From Candidatus Aenigmatarchaeota archaeon (GTDB lineage: Archaea; Aenigmatarchaeota; Aenigmatarchaeia; GW2011-AR5), in contig JACQID010000004.1 of the NCBI GenBank assembly GCA_016198685.1, forward strand, positions 261,059 to 325,058: a stretch of DNA of 64,000 nucleotides. Direction: 5' to 3'. The position numbers and the translations under genes were made by a program. This document shows, in pieces, positions 45,147-54,902 of the stretch. Each line of letters begins with the position of its first letter. Positions within the stretch are counted from its first letter, which is position 1. Under the pieces are notes generated by a model. It worked only from the letters and a program-made list of their open reading frames with translations, was not told the origin of the DNA and did not search any database.

Positions 45147-47513
45147 ATGATAGCTATGGACAAGAATTACGATCCGAAAATCGCCGAAGAGAAGTGGCAG
45201 GAACAATGGAACAGGGAAGGCGTTTACCGCTTTGATCCCCAAAGCGCAAAGCCTCTATTTTCAATAGATACGCCGCCGCCTACGGTCTCAGGAAGCATGC
45301 ATATAGGACATGCGTTTTCTTATTCGCAGATGGATTTCATAGCGCGATATCACCGCATGAAAGGCGAGAACGTCTTCATGCCTTTCGGAACCGATGACAA
45401 CGGCCTTGCAACCGAAAGACTCATAGAAAAATTAAATAATGTCCGTTCAAAAAAAATGGACAGGGGCAAATTCATAGAACTTTGCCTTGCAACGCTTGAA
45501 AAAATAAGACCGGACTTTGTTGCGGACTGGAAGAGAATGGGCATATCTGCGGACTGGACGATATTTTACTCTACAATAAACGATCATTGCCGAAAAATCT
45601 CCCAGCAATCTTTCATAGAATTATATAATAAAGGGCTTGAATACAGGGTCAAGGCACCGTTCATGTGGTGCCCGCAGTGCCAGACTGCAATAGCGCAAGT
45701 GGAGCTTAAGGATGTGGAAAAAGAATCCAAATTAGTCTATATTAAACTTGATGTTGAAGGCAGCAATCAGATAAGCATAGCAACCACAAGACCGGAACTC
45801 TTCGGCTCGGCGGCTGCCATATATGTGAATCCCGAAGACAAGCGTTACACAAAACTTATAGGCAAGAAAGCCACTATACCGATTTACAACAGGAATATTC
45901 CCATAATGGCCAATGAAGAGGCAGATATGGAATACGGAACAGGAGCAGTCTACCAGTCTACGTTCGGCGACATGACTGATGCCGACTGGGCCAAGAAGTT
46001 CAGAACAGAGGTCACAGAAATACTAAATCCGGACGGCACTCTCACTGCAGCAGCCGGCGCTTATGGAGGCATGAAGACCGGCGAAGCCAGGGCCAAAATA
46101 ATAGAGGATTTGAAGCCATGGATAGAGAAGATAGTGCCGCTGAAGCACGCGGTGAATGTGCATGAAAGATGCGAGACGGACATAGAAATTCTTCCGACCT
46201 ACCAGTGGTTCATCAAATATCCTTCAAAGGAAGTGATGCTTGCTGCAGGCGCTGCGCTTAAGTGGCATCCCGAGCACATGAAAAACAGATATGATAACTG
46301 GGTAAGAGGCTTGAAATGGGATTGGTGCATTTCACGGCAAAGATACTTTGGCATACCGTTTCCTGTATGGTACTGCAAGGATTGCGGGGAAATAATACTT
46401 GCTGATATTAACAAGCTTCCGGTTGATCCGCTGGTTGATAGGCCTGGAAAGAAATGCAAATGCGGCTCTTTGGACGTTGAACCTGAAAAGGATGTCATGG
46501 ATACATGGGCTACATCATCATTGACGCCGCAAATAACCAGAGAACTCATGAAAGACACTCCCGCTTACAATAAATTCTTTCCGATGAGTCTTCGTCCTCA
46601 GGCACACGACATAATATCATTCTGGCTTTTCAATACCACCATAAAATCACTCCTCCATCAGGGAAAGCCCGCATGGCATAATGTCATGATATCCGGCTGG
46701 GCGCTTGATCCACAGGGCAGGAAGATGTCAAAAAGCAAGGGCAACACAATAATCCCGCAGGAAATGGCCAAGAAGTATTGCGCTGATGCCCTAAGGTTCT
46801 GGGCGGCATCATCGAATCTTGGAGAGGATTTACCCTTCCAGGAAAAGGAACTCGTCACAGGCATGAAAACTATCACAAAACTATGGAACGCCGCCAAGTT
46901 TGTTGCATCATCTACCGAAGGCGCCGTAGCCAAGCCTGATGCGCTGCACCCGGCAGATGCATGGCTTCTCACTAAGCTTTCTAAGGCAGTGAATGCTTCC
47001 ACAGAAGCTTTTGAGAATTATGAATATTCAAAAGCCAAGATAGAAACCGATCTTTTCTTCTGGCGCGTTTTCACCGATTATTATATAGAAATTGTTAAGG
47101 ATAGGATATATAATCCCGGCAATTACAGCAAGCAGGATGCGGATTCGGCTAAGTATACGCTAAGGACTGCCATGCTGGCTGTTCTCAAACTTTTTGCGCC
47201 GATTATGCCCCATATCACCGAAGAAATATACCGCATTATATTCACAATGAAGGAAACCATCCATAAGTCCGGATGGCCGAAGATGGATTATAATTATGAC
47301 AAAGAAGAAATCGAGGGCGATGAAATCGTAAAGGCAATTGATTATATAAGAAAATACAAGAGCGATAACAAGCTTGCCATGAACGCCCCGCTTAAGGAAG
47401 TCATAATCGGGCAGAAACTGTCTGCACCTATGGCCGATGCGCTCAAAGCGACCATGAAAATAGAAAAAATAACCTTCTTTGAAGGCAGAGATCCGACGGA
47501 AATAGTTCAGTGA
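45147..47513 (+). CDS. valS: Valyl-tRNA synthetase
   Basis: 788 aa class Ia: PPPTVSGSMHIGHAFSY (HIGH region), editing domain, DWCISRQRYFGIPFPVWYC (ValRS-typical), KMSKSKGN. Confidence 0.8.
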   Translation: MIAMDKNYDPKIAEEKWQEQWNREGVYRFDPQSAKPLFSIDTPPPTVSGSMHIGHAFSYSQMDFIARYHRMKGENVFMPFGTDDNGLATERLIEKLNNVRSKKMDRGKFIELCLATLEKIRPDFVADWKRMGISADWTIFYSTINDHCRKISQQSFIELYNKGLEYRVKAPFMWCPQCQTAIAQVELKDVEKESKLVYIKLDVEGSNQISIATTRPELFGSAAAIYVNPEDKRYTKLIGKKATIPIYNRNIPIMANEEADMEYGTGAVYQSTFGDMTDADWAKKFRTEVTEILNPDGTLTAAAGAYGGMKTGEARAKIIEDLKPWIEKIVPLKHAVNVHERCETDIEILPTYQWFIKYPSKEVMLAAGAALKWHPEHMKNRYDNWVRGLKWDWCISRQRYFGIPFPVWYCKDCGEIILADINKLPVDPLVDRPGKKCKCGSLDVEPEKDVMDTWATSSLTPQITRELMKDTPAYNKFFPMSLRPQAHDIISFWLFNTTIKSLLHQGKPAWHNVMISGWALDPQGRKMSKSKGNTIIPQEMAKKYCADALRFWAASSNLGEDLPFQEKELVTGMKTITKLWNAAKFVASSTEGAVAKPDALHPADAWLLTKLSKAVNASTEAFENYEYSKAKIETDLFFWRVFTDYYIEIVKDRIYNPGNYSKQDADSAKYTLRTAMLAVLKLFAPIMPHITEEIYRIIFTMKETIHKSGWPKMDYNYDKEEIEGDEIVKAIDYIRKYKSDNKLAMNAPLKEVIIGQKLSAPMADALKATMKIEKITFFEGRDPTEIVQ

Positions 47514-48736
47514 TTGTTATGGCAGAAGATCATACAAAAAGTTCAGGCTACAAATTGAAAAAGATACTGAAATTTCTCGGCTCGATAAGAGGAAGGCACA
47601 CCGAACTCGTGACGGTTTACGTGCCTGCCGGTTACAGCTTGCATGAAGTTTCGGCGCAATTAAGGCAGGAGCAAGGCACAGCGGAAAATATCAAATCCAA
47701 GGCCGTCAGGAAGAACGTGACAACTGCTCTGGATAAAATAATACGTCATATGCAGCTCTATAAGGCGACTCCCGAGAACGGTCTTGCATTCTTTTCTGGT
47801 AACGTCTCTGAAAAAGAGGGAGTGAATGACATAGAACTATGGGCAATAGAGCCGCCTGAGCCAATCAGAACGAAGATGTACTGGTGTGACCAGACATTCA
47901 TACTCGAGCCCCTGCAGGCGATGGTTCAAGAAAAGGAAGTTTACGGCCTTGTCGGCGTGGACAAGAGTGAAGCAGATATAGCAATATTGAAAGGCAAGAA
48001 GATAGAAGTGATAAGCCATTTCGATTCTATAGTGCCTGGAAAGACGAAAGCAGGCGGCCAGAGCAGCGCAAGGTTTGCCCGTGTCCGCGAGGGCATGCTG
48101 AATGACTGGCTCAAGGAGGTAGGCGATGCTGTCAATAGCACATTCCATGGGCACAAAGAAATGAAAGGAATACTTCTTGGAGGCCCGGGGCCGATAAAGG
48201 AAATGTTCCTGAAAGAGGATTACCTGCACATGGACATAAAGAAGCTCGTGCTCGGAACCGTGGACACGTCATATACAGGCGAGCACGGACTGCATGAAAT
48301 ATTGGAACGCGGACAGGACCTTATAAAAGAGGCGTCTGTAGTCAGGGAAAAGAATTTGCTCACTAAGTTTCTGGAGAATCTGCAGAAGCCGGAAGGCCTT
48401 GTTGCCTACGGTTTTCGTGAAGTGGACAAATATCTTAAGCTTGGAGCCGTTGACAGTGTTATAGTCGCAGAGACCCTGACGCTAAAGGAAATAAAATACG
48501 AATGCCGATGCGGGGAGAAGATTCGTTTTGTCAAAGAGGAGGAAAAAAACAGTCAGATATGCGAGGTCTGCAAGTTCCCGATGAAAATTCTTGGCGAAAA
48601 AGAGATAATTGAATATTTCGAAGAGGAAGCAAAGAACTACGGAGCCAGGCTTGAAGTCATATCCGGCGAGACAAAGGAAGGCGCGCAATTCCAGGCATTG
48701 GGAGGCGTAGGAGCGTTCCTGAGATACAAAGTTTAA
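47510..48736 (+). CDS. prf1: Peptide chain release factor aRF1
   Basis: 408 aa; NIKS motif (AENIKSKAVRKN), GGQ motif (KAGGQSSARFARVRE), C-terminal zinc-ribbon-like CRCGEK...CEVCK. The ATGA overlap with the valS stop implies translational coupling. Confidence 0.9.
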   Translation: MIVMAEDHTKSSGYKLKKILKFLGSIRGRHTELVTVYVPAGYSLHEVSAQLRQEQGTAENIKSKAVRKNVTTALDKIIRHMQLYKATPENGLAFFSGNVSEKEGVNDIELWAIEPPEPIRTKMYWCDQTFILEPLQAMVQEKEVYGLVGVDKSEADIAILKGKKIEVISHFDSIVPGKTKAGGQSSARFARVREGMLNDWLKEVGDAVNSTFHGHKEMKGILLGGPGPIKEMFLKEDYLHMDIKKLVLGTVDTSYTGEHGLHEILERGQDLIKEASVVREKNLLTKFLENLQKPEGLVAYGFREVDKYLKLGAVDSVIVAETLTLKEIKYECRCGEKIRFVKEEEKNSQICEVCKFPMKILGEKEIIEYFEEEAKNYGARLEVISGETKEGAQFQALGGVGAFLRYKV

Positions 48737-48819
48737 CGCTTATTGCATGGAACCAATGAATTTGTAGCTGAATACCGGTTTTCGAACTGGCATTTAAATG
48801 TTTTATCCAGATAGAGTTT

Positions 48820-49269
48820 TTGAGCAATATGAAATTAGGGCCCATGAGAAAAAAGAAGCAGACATATCCCTCCAACATGAAAAATCCTTGGAATACCGAT
48901 TTAACGCCCTATGTGGGAACAGAAATCATTGTTTACCAGCATGCCATCATACCAGGCGATCATGGGCATGAGGAAAGGCATACAAGAGAACAAGGCTATT
49001 TACTACAGATATATCCGCATGATTCATCGTTCGACCTGGGGAGAGACTCTAACATGGGTTCTTCCAAACACAGAGTTCACAGAAATTGGGACGGGGGCGG
49101 CGTCAACATAACTACCTACCGCATAACCACAGCCGACTTGCCGGAAAAAGAAGTATACGCTAGCGACCAGGATTTTAGCCGTCTAAATCTTATAGACAAG
49201 GCTTCTTTCAGGCAAAATGCGCAAACTACGATAAAAATCAGGAAAGGAATGATATCGCAGGAAGCCTGA
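48820..49269 (+). CDS. Hypothetical ORF (low confidence), overlaps 3' end of convergent tatD
   Basis: 149 aa, no motif, composition less gene-like. Listed only because it fills the 500-bp gap between prf1 and tatD. Confidence 0.2.
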   Translation: MSNMKLGPMRKKKQTYPSNMKNPWNTDLTPYVGTEIIVYQHAIIPGDHGHEERHTREQGYLLQIYPHDSSFDLGRDSNMGSSKHRVHRNWDGGGVNITTYRITTADLPEKEVYASDQDFSRLNLIDKASFRQNAQTTIKIRKGMISQEA

Positions 49270-50014
49270 AAAGTTTAGCTGCATTCTTTGCGCATATTCT
49301 GTTGACTTCTGCGACATCCATGCCTTTTACTTCCGCTATCTCGGCTGCAGGAATTCTTATGTTTGTTGGCTCGCCCAGAAGTTTGCCATCTTTGTCTTTT
49401 CCACCAAACCAGGGCGAATCCGTTTCAAGCATAAGATTTTCCATAGGAATATCACGGATAACTTTCTTGTGGCTTTTTGAACGTGCTGAGACAGGGCCTA
49501 CAGAAACCAGCCATCCGCGATCTTTTATCGCGCTTGCGAATCTGTTCTCGCCCCACATATGGAGCTGCACGCGCTCTGCGTTATGTTTTTCAAGCATCTG
49601 TATTGCATTCGCATGCGCATCGCGCGTGTGAACTATGAGGACTTTATCTAATTCCTTGGCGAACTCTATGGATTTCGCAAAAAGCTCCTTCTGCTTCTCC
49701 TGCCAATAAGATTCCTTTATCCAGAAATAATCAAGCCCCTGTTCGCCCACGCCCACTATATCTTTTTCATGCTCCCGTATCCATGCAAATGCCTTGTCTA
49801 TGTCGCTTTGCGCCAAATCCTTGACATATTCCGGATGAACGCCAGCGCCCATAAACACGAATCCCTTGTACTTGCGCGAAAGCTCAAGGCCTCTTTGGAA
49901 GTCCTTTGGGTGCGTGGAAGGGCTTATAACCGCTTTCATTCCTGCATCTTTGCATCTTGCTATGACATCATCAGCATTCTTCATGAGTTCAAGATGGCAA
50001 TGCGAGTCTATCAT
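49238..50014 (-). CDS. tatD: TatD-family metal-dependent hydrolase/DNase
   Basis: 258 aa; MIDSHCHLE N-terminus, conserved His/Glu/Asp metal ligands along the TIM barrel. Confidence 0.85.
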   Translation of the reverse strand: MIDSHCHLELMKNADDVIARCKDAGMKAVISPSTHPKDFQRGLELSRKYKGFVFMGAGVHPEYVKDLAQSDIDKAFAWIREHEKDIVGVGEQGLDYFWIKESYWQEKQKELFAKSIEFAKELDKVLIVHTRDAHANAIQMLEKHNAERVQLHMWGENRFASAIKDRGWLVSVGPVSARSKSHKKVIRDIPMENLMLETDSPWFGGKDKDGKLLGEPTNIRIPAAEIAEVKGMDVAEVNRICAKNAAKLFRLPAISFLS

Positions 50015-50085
50015 GCTATCACATACAAAGAGATATTTTAATGATGTTGCATTGCCCTTAAAATAACGTTAATACAGGAATAGAA

Positions 50086-50466
50086 TTATTTCGCCTTGAC
50101 AAAAACAGCATTGATTGCGCCGTCCTGGCCGGGTCGGCTTGTGATCTTTATGAGACCGATATCCGAATCAACTATGGCACCCTTGCTTAAGATGTTTCTT
50201 CTTGCGAACTGCATATTAGCTGGATTATCTTTGACGGTAACCAGCTTGGCTTTGACACATTTGCCGTCCTTGATGACATTCGCATAATCTGATGAATATA
50301 GAACATCCTTGGAGTGGCCGCCACGAATACGTATCTGAACTGCCTTTGTTTTTCCAAGAGTAGCGGGATAGAAATCCCTTCCAGCATCCATCCTTCTCTT
50401 CTTGCCGTGGCTCTGGATGAGCTTACCGGAAGGTCCTCTCTTGGATCTGAGTCTCCATTGCGTCAT
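50086..50466 (-). CDS. rps8e: 30S ribosomal protein S8e
   Basis: 126 aa; MTQWRLRSKRGPSGK...GKKRRMDAGR is the S8e N-terminus. Confidence 0.9.
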   Translation of the reverse strand: MTQWRLRSKRGPSGKLIQSHGKKRRMDAGRDFYPATLGKTKAVQIRIRGGHSKDVLYSSDYANVIKDGKCVKAKLVTVKDNPANMQFARRNILSKGAIVDSDIGLIKITSRPGQDGAINAVFVKAK

Positions 50467-50550
50467 AATATCTTAAGTTCATAGCCAAATTATCTATTTA
50501 AACGTATCTGTAAATACAAGTCTTATTCCAAGTTTTGGAGGTTTTGAAAT

Positions 50551-50775
50551 ATGGAGAGACCAATAGACGTTCTAAACAACGCAAAGGGAAAAAGGGTGCT
50601 GATAAAACTCAAGAATGGCACTGAAATCTCGGGCCAACTGCAGGCAATGGATCTGCATTTGAATATGTGGCTTGAGAGCGCGGACCAGACTTTTAACGAC
50701 AAGACGACAAAGCTGGGAACCGTATTGGTTAGAGGAGATAACATACTCTACGTGTCGCCTGAAAAAAGCGAATGA
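50551..50775 (+). CDS. Sm-like archaeal protein (LSm/SmAP)
   Basis: 74 aa; Sm1/Sm2 motifs (VLIKLKNGTEISGQLQAMDLHLNMWL...VLVRGDNILYV). Confidence 0.85.
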   Translation: MERPIDVLNNAKGKRVLIKLKNGTEISGQLQAMDLHLNMWLESADQTFNDKTTKLGTVLVRGDNILYVSPEKSE

Positions 50776-50786
50776 AGTGAAGAAAG

Positions 50787-51020
50787 ATGGCAAAAGGAAC
50801 ACCCAGCTTTGGAAAGCACCAGACAATATCGCACATAAACTGCAAGAGATGCGGAAGGCACAGCTACCACATCAAGATGCAGAAGTGCTCGGCCTGCGGC
50901 TATCCAAGAGCAAAGATACGACAGGAATCTTGGAGAAGAAAATTAACAAACAGAAGCGCGAGGAAGGCCGTCAAAGTTCTTCACATGAAACAAAAGACGA
51001 CGCGCCGCGGAAGACGATAA
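50787..51020 (+). CDS. rpl37e: 50S ribosomal protein L37e
   Basis: 77 aa; MAKGTPSFGKHQTISHINCKRCGRHSYHIKMQKCSACGYP, the C4 zinc-ribbon L37e. Conserved LSm-L37e adjacency. Confidence 0.9.
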   Translation: MAKGTPSFGKHQTISHINCKRCGRHSYHIKMQKCSACGYPRAKIRQESWRRKLTNRSARKAVKVLHMKQKTTRRGRR

Positions 51021-51064
51021 CCATCCCGCGGTTCTAAGATAAGGTTTTATTTTTATCTTTGTAA

Positions 51065-51170
51065 TTTCACGTAAGGGCCTGTAGCTCAGCCTGGCAGAGC
51101 ATGAAACGCAATCCGTTTCATACGCAAATAGCACCTGCCTCTTAAGCAGGGAGTCGCGAGTTCAAATCTC
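51065..51170 (+). tRNA. tRNA-Lys (CTT) with about 32-nt intron at non-canonical position (between D-arm and anticodon stem, around nt 26/27)
   Basis: GGGCCTG-TA-GCTC-AGCCTGGCA-GAGC-A-[TGAAACGCAATCCGTTTCATACGCAAATAGCA]-CCTGC-CTCTTAA-GCAGG-GAGTC-GCGAG-TTCAAAT-CTCGT-CGGGCCC-A. The insert (about 51092-51123) contains its own hairpin TGAAACG/CGTTTCA. Removing it gives a canonical 74-nt tRNA. Confidence 0.75.
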
Positions 51171-51183
51171 GTCGGGCCCATCC

Positions 51184-51723
51184 ATGCGTTCTTCTTCCGT
51201 ATCACCGCATTTATGGCAGGAAGGAGACATAGTCCTCTATAAGTCCTATAGCAAGTATCTGGCTATGGTAATGGCCAAATACGGATTCTCGAAGACAGGC
51301 GAGCCTGTATATATTGTGGGAGTCATATGCCCGCCAAAACTCCAATATGCGCATATCTACGATCCCAAAGACGAATACGTGAAATCTTTTCTCCATGCCG
51401 CCATTGCAGGAAAAATTTCTCCCCAATTTCAGAAATGCGCTGCCGGATCCGTAAAGAATGCCTTAGACGACCCCAAATATACACGATATTACGAGCAAGA
51501 AACATCCGCGCCATTCTCCCTGACTGCAGGAGAATTGCAATATTACCGCAAGCTGGTGCAAAATAATCCCCGGAGTGTCCAATTGGCTGTTGCACAAGAT
51601 GATTCCAGAGAAAAATTTATTTCCAGAATATCCAAAGTCCATCAGCATCTTCTTGCGCACCCTATCGACAATGCAAGGCAATATCATCCAAATCTTCATT
51701 CCTTAAATGAGAGACGAAACTGA
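51184..51723 (+). CDS. Hypothetical protein, GC-richer, immediately 3' of tRNA-Lys
   Basis: 179 aa, no recognisable motif. Starts 14 nt after the tRNA-Lys discriminator. Confidence 0.45.
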   Translation: MRSSSVSPHLWQEGDIVLYKSYSKYLAMVMAKYGFSKTGEPVYIVGVICPPKLQYAHIYDPKDEYVKSFLHAAIAGKISPQFQKCAAGSVKNALDDPKYTRYYEQETSAPFSLTAGELQYYRKLVQNNPRSVQLAVAQDDSREKFISRISKVHQHLLAHPIDNARQYHPNLHSLNERRN

Positions 51724-51761
51724 CATACACCGTATTTTCCATGCCAGAACCATGCAATATG

Positions 51762-52448
51762 TCATGCTCCGGATTCCTCTTTCCCCTGTTCAGAAACTTC
51801 CACCATCCTTTCGAGAAGGGTTCTCATCGTATCGTATTCTTCCCTGCCAAGCTGCACGGCTGTATCGCCATATCTGAGAATTCCAACGCCTGCTTCCTCA
51901 AAAAACTTCTCAAGAACTAGGTCGTTTGCTGGAATATTTTGCAGTTCCCCTGACCATGTATTGCAGGGATAAACATAACTATATCCCCGCCGCTGCAATG
52001 TTTCTATCGCATCGCCGTATGGCGATATTCTTTGTCTTATTCTCCATATATGGGTCGTTATGCTATGATCCGTAAGCGGCTCTCCAAAAATAACTTCGGA
52101 CAGTTCTCCATGGCTGACAACTCTTGGCTGCCTTTCCATGAGCTTGTATAACAGTTCAAAAGACAGCGGCGAAATGCGGCGTTCTTGCCGGTCAACATAA
52201 AGCTTTTCCTGCCATGCATCCAGATATACCGTATCAATGTCCCCTATGTATTGCTCCGTTTCACGCGGGCGGGCATAATCCAGGGATTCCGTCATATCTT
52301 TGAGCAGTTCTGTAAACAATCCGATCGCGTCCAGCCCTGCATTTACCAGGCGTTCATTGGAAAAGCCCGAATCATTCAAGTGCCGATAAGCATCGTCAAG
52401 TATATTTCTAAATTGATTACGATAGGTGCCGCCTGGGCGGCCTGTCAT
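51762..52448 (-). CDS. OmpR/PhoB-type winged-helix (trans_reg_C) DNA-binding protein without receiver domain
   Basis: 228 aa; central segment RRISPLSFELLYKLMERQPRVVSHGELSEVIFGEPLTDHSITTHIWRIRQRISPYGDAIETLQRRGYSYV fits the bacterial OmpR-family effector-domain consensus. Flanking regions have no CheY-like fold. Stop overlaps the metG start. Confidence 0.55.
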   Translation of the reverse strand: MTGRPGGTYRNQFRNILDDAYRHLNDSGFSNERLVNAGLDAIGLFTELLKDMTESLDYARPRETEQYIGDIDTVYLDAWQEKLYVDRQERRISPLSFELLYKLMERQPRVVSHGELSEVIFGEPLTDHSITTHIWRIRQRISPYGDAIETLQRRGYSYVYPCNTWSGELQNIPANDLVLEKFFEEAGVGILRYGDTAVQLGREEYDTMRTLLERMVEVSEQGKEESGA

Positions 52449-52450
52449 GA

Positions 52451-54346
52451 CTATCTCACCCTTTCCCCGTCCCTGACTTTGCGGACAGGAGAAAGTATGG
52501 CAGCTTCGTCCCCGGCTGCAAGGAGCATGCCTTGGGACTCCACTCCACGAATAGAAGCAGGCTCTAAGTTTGTTATTATTGCCACTTGCATGCCTTTCAA
52601 TTCTTCAGGCTTATAGAAGTTTCTTATTCCAGAAACAATTTGCCTTTTTTCATTACCGAGCTTAACAGTAAGTATATACAGCTTATCGGCATTAGGATGA
52701 TTTTTAACATCTTCTACAGTACCGATTTTTAATTCCACCTTTCCAAATTCCTTTATCGGCAGCATTCCATTTTTCATCTCAATAATATCTTTAGTGTTGA
52801 TTAGTTTTATGCCTATGCCTCCTGCCTTTTTATCATGGAGATGCTCTACTGTAACAAAAAGTTTCTGAGGTTTTATCTCTACGCCCTTCTTCACGCTGTC
52901 CTTGCCCATGTCTTTTGAATCAAGTGAAGCTCCTAAAGACTCTAAGCCCTTTACTGCAGCGAAAGGTATGAATGGATAAAGCAGGATGCATAAGTCCTTC
53001 AGCCTGTTAACGGCAAAATGTATTATAGCGCCGCTTGATTCTGGATTTTCCCAAGGCTTCTTGTGCTGGAAGTATTTGTTCACTTCTGAACACAGAGACA
53101 TCACAGTTTCTAAAGCTTCATTAAACCGGAAATTATCCATAAATTCCTCGAATCCAGCTCTTTTATCTTCAAAGACCTTTTCTACAGCCTCTTCATCCTT
53201 TCCGTTCTTGGGAGAAGGCACTTTGCCATCAAAATTATTTTCTATGAAGGAAGTTATTCTATAGAAAAGATTGGAAAAGTTAGATACAAGTTCTGAGTTT
53301 ATCCTTTCAACAAGGGCCTTTTCTGAGAAGTCGCCGTCATCGAATGGCGGTATTTCCCGGAGCATGAAATATCTTAGAGCGTCAGCACCGTACTTTTCAA
53401 CGAGCATGAACGGATCAACTACGTTGCCAAGGCTCTTGCTCATCTTCTCTCCTTCAACTGTTATGTATCCATGCACAAACAATAACTTGGGGAGTTTGAG
53501 ACCTGCAGAAAGCAGCATTGCTGGCCAATAGACTGCATGGAATCGTATAATTCCTTTTCCTATGACGTGCACATCCGCCGGCCACCATTTATTATAGCTC
53601 TTTGCATCCTTTCCATAGCCAACTGCCGTCTGATAAACATTCAGGGCATCGAACCATACGTACATTATCTGGGAAGGATCGCCTGGCACAGGCACTCCCC
53701 ATCCTTTTGCTCTTTTTACCGACCGGGAAACGCTGAAATCCTCGAGGCCAGAGCGTATGAAACTCATGACTTCGTTCTTTCTGGATTCGGGAACTATTCT
53801 GAGTTCATCGTTTTCTATCAGTTTTTCCAGCCTCTTTTGATATTTTGAAAGCCTGAAAAAATAATTCTCCTCCTCAACGATCTCGGGCTCCTTCTTATGC
53901 TCCCGGCACAAGCCGTTTTCGAGCTCGCTTTCTGTGTAGAATGCCTCGCATCCCACACAATACATGCCCTTGTATTTTTTCTTGTATATGTCGCCTGCCT
54001 TATCGCAAAGTTTCCACATTTCCTGAACGCCTCTGAAATGTTCGTCTGGCAAAGAAGAACGCAGGAATGTATTGTAGGAGAGTCCTATCTTGTCCATGAA
54101 TTGCCTGAATTTTTCTGCGTTGCGCACGCACAGTTCTGGAGGCGTTATGCCCTCCTTTTCTGCAGCTTGAACGTTCTTCAGGCTGTTCTCGTCAGAGCCT
54201 GTGGCAAGAAAAGTGCCAATGCCGCTGATTTTTTTCCAGCGCGCAATAGCATCGGTCTGTATGAATTCAAGCGCATGACCTATATGAGGCGCTGCATTGA
54301 CGTATGGAATCGCCGTCGTTATATAAAATTTTTTTAGATCTTTCAT
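52451..54346 (-). CDS. metG: Methionyl-tRNA synthetase with C-terminal tRNA-binding (EMAP/Trbp111-like) domain
   Basis: 631 aa; AIPYVNAAPHIGHA (HIGH), zinc knuckles (CVGCEAF...CREH), KMSKSLGN. C-terminal OB domain (VELKIGTVEDVKNHPNADKLYILTVKLG). Confidence 0.9.
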   Translation of the reverse strand: MKDLKKFYITTAIPYVNAAPHIGHALEFIQTDAIARWKKISGIGTFLATGSDENSLKNVQAAEKEGITPPELCVRNAEKFRQFMDKIGLSYNTFLRSSLPDEHFRGVQEMWKLCDKAGDIYKKKYKGMYCVGCEAFYTESELENGLCREHKKEPEIVEEENYFFRLSKYQKRLEKLIENDELRIVPESRKNEVMSFIRSGLEDFSVSRSVKRAKGWGVPVPGDPSQIMYVWFDALNVYQTAVGYGKDAKSYNKWWPADVHVIGKGIIRFHAVYWPAMLLSAGLKLPKLLFVHGYITVEGEKMSKSLGNVVDPFMLVEKYGADALRYFMLREIPPFDDGDFSEKALVERINSELVSNFSNLFYRITSFIENNFDGKVPSPKNGKDEEAVEKVFEDKRAGFEEFMDNFRFNEALETVMSLCSEVNKYFQHKKPWENPESSGAIIHFAVNRLKDLCILLYPFIPFAAVKGLESLGASLDSKDMGKDSVKKGVEIKPQKLFVTVEHLHDKKAGGIGIKLINTKDIIEMKNGMLPIKEFGKVELKIGTVEDVKNHPNADKLYILTVKLGNEKRQIVSGIRNFYKPEELKGMQVAIITNLEPASIRGVESQGMLLAAGDEAAILSPVRKVRDGERVR

Positions 54347-54377
54347 CAGTATCTATAGTGAAAAAGGAAATTAAACC

Positions 54378-54839
54378 TTAATTTTTACGCATTTCCAGCC
54401 TTGTTCCCGTATTTGTTCGCCATAAAGGATCATATGATGTGAAATATCCAGAATCACGATGTTGACCACCGAGAACCTCATGTTTTGCCATTATTTCTGC
54501 CGCAAGCAATGGCCTTCCTTTTTCACCCACGTATGCTGCCAGCATTTCCCAGGGATATTCAGCTTCCATGCGTCTGGAAAAAGTATACTCGTCTTCGGAG
54601 GGATTCCTAAGATTATTCATATGGACAGGAACATAAGCCGGATCGGCGGCGCCGTTCTTGATAATGGTGAGCCTGCCATCCGGAAGATAAGAATACCGCC
54701 TATTCATCACAGCATCTTGGTAAAATTGCCCAAAAGGAGATATTTTTCCATTGTCAAGAGTCTGGAGCCATAATGCCTTTAAACCGATCTCCAACGCCCC
54801 GCTTTCACAGTACATGACTATCTTTTTCAGAAGATACAT
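54378..54839 (-). CDS. Hypothetical protein (between trpS and metG)
   Basis: 153 aa, no recognisable motif; co-oriented in the aaRS operon. Confidence 0.45.
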   Translation of the reverse strand: MYLLKKIVMYCESGALEIGLKALWLQTLDNGKISPFGQFYQDAVMNRRYSYLPDGRLTIIKNGAADPAYVPVHMNNLRNPSEDEYTFSRRMEAEYPWEMLAAYVGEKGRPLLAAEIMAKHEVLGGQHRDSGYFTSYDPLWRTNTGTRLEMRKN

Positions 54840-54902
54840 TAAAAATATTTATTACTATATGTAATTGATATGCAAATTTGCATAAGATAATTAACAAAAC
54901 TC

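Noticed and set aside
47837-48229. 130-aa minus-strand ORF inside aRF1
   Set aside because: Antisense shadow of a gene with unambiguous NIKS and GGQ motifs.
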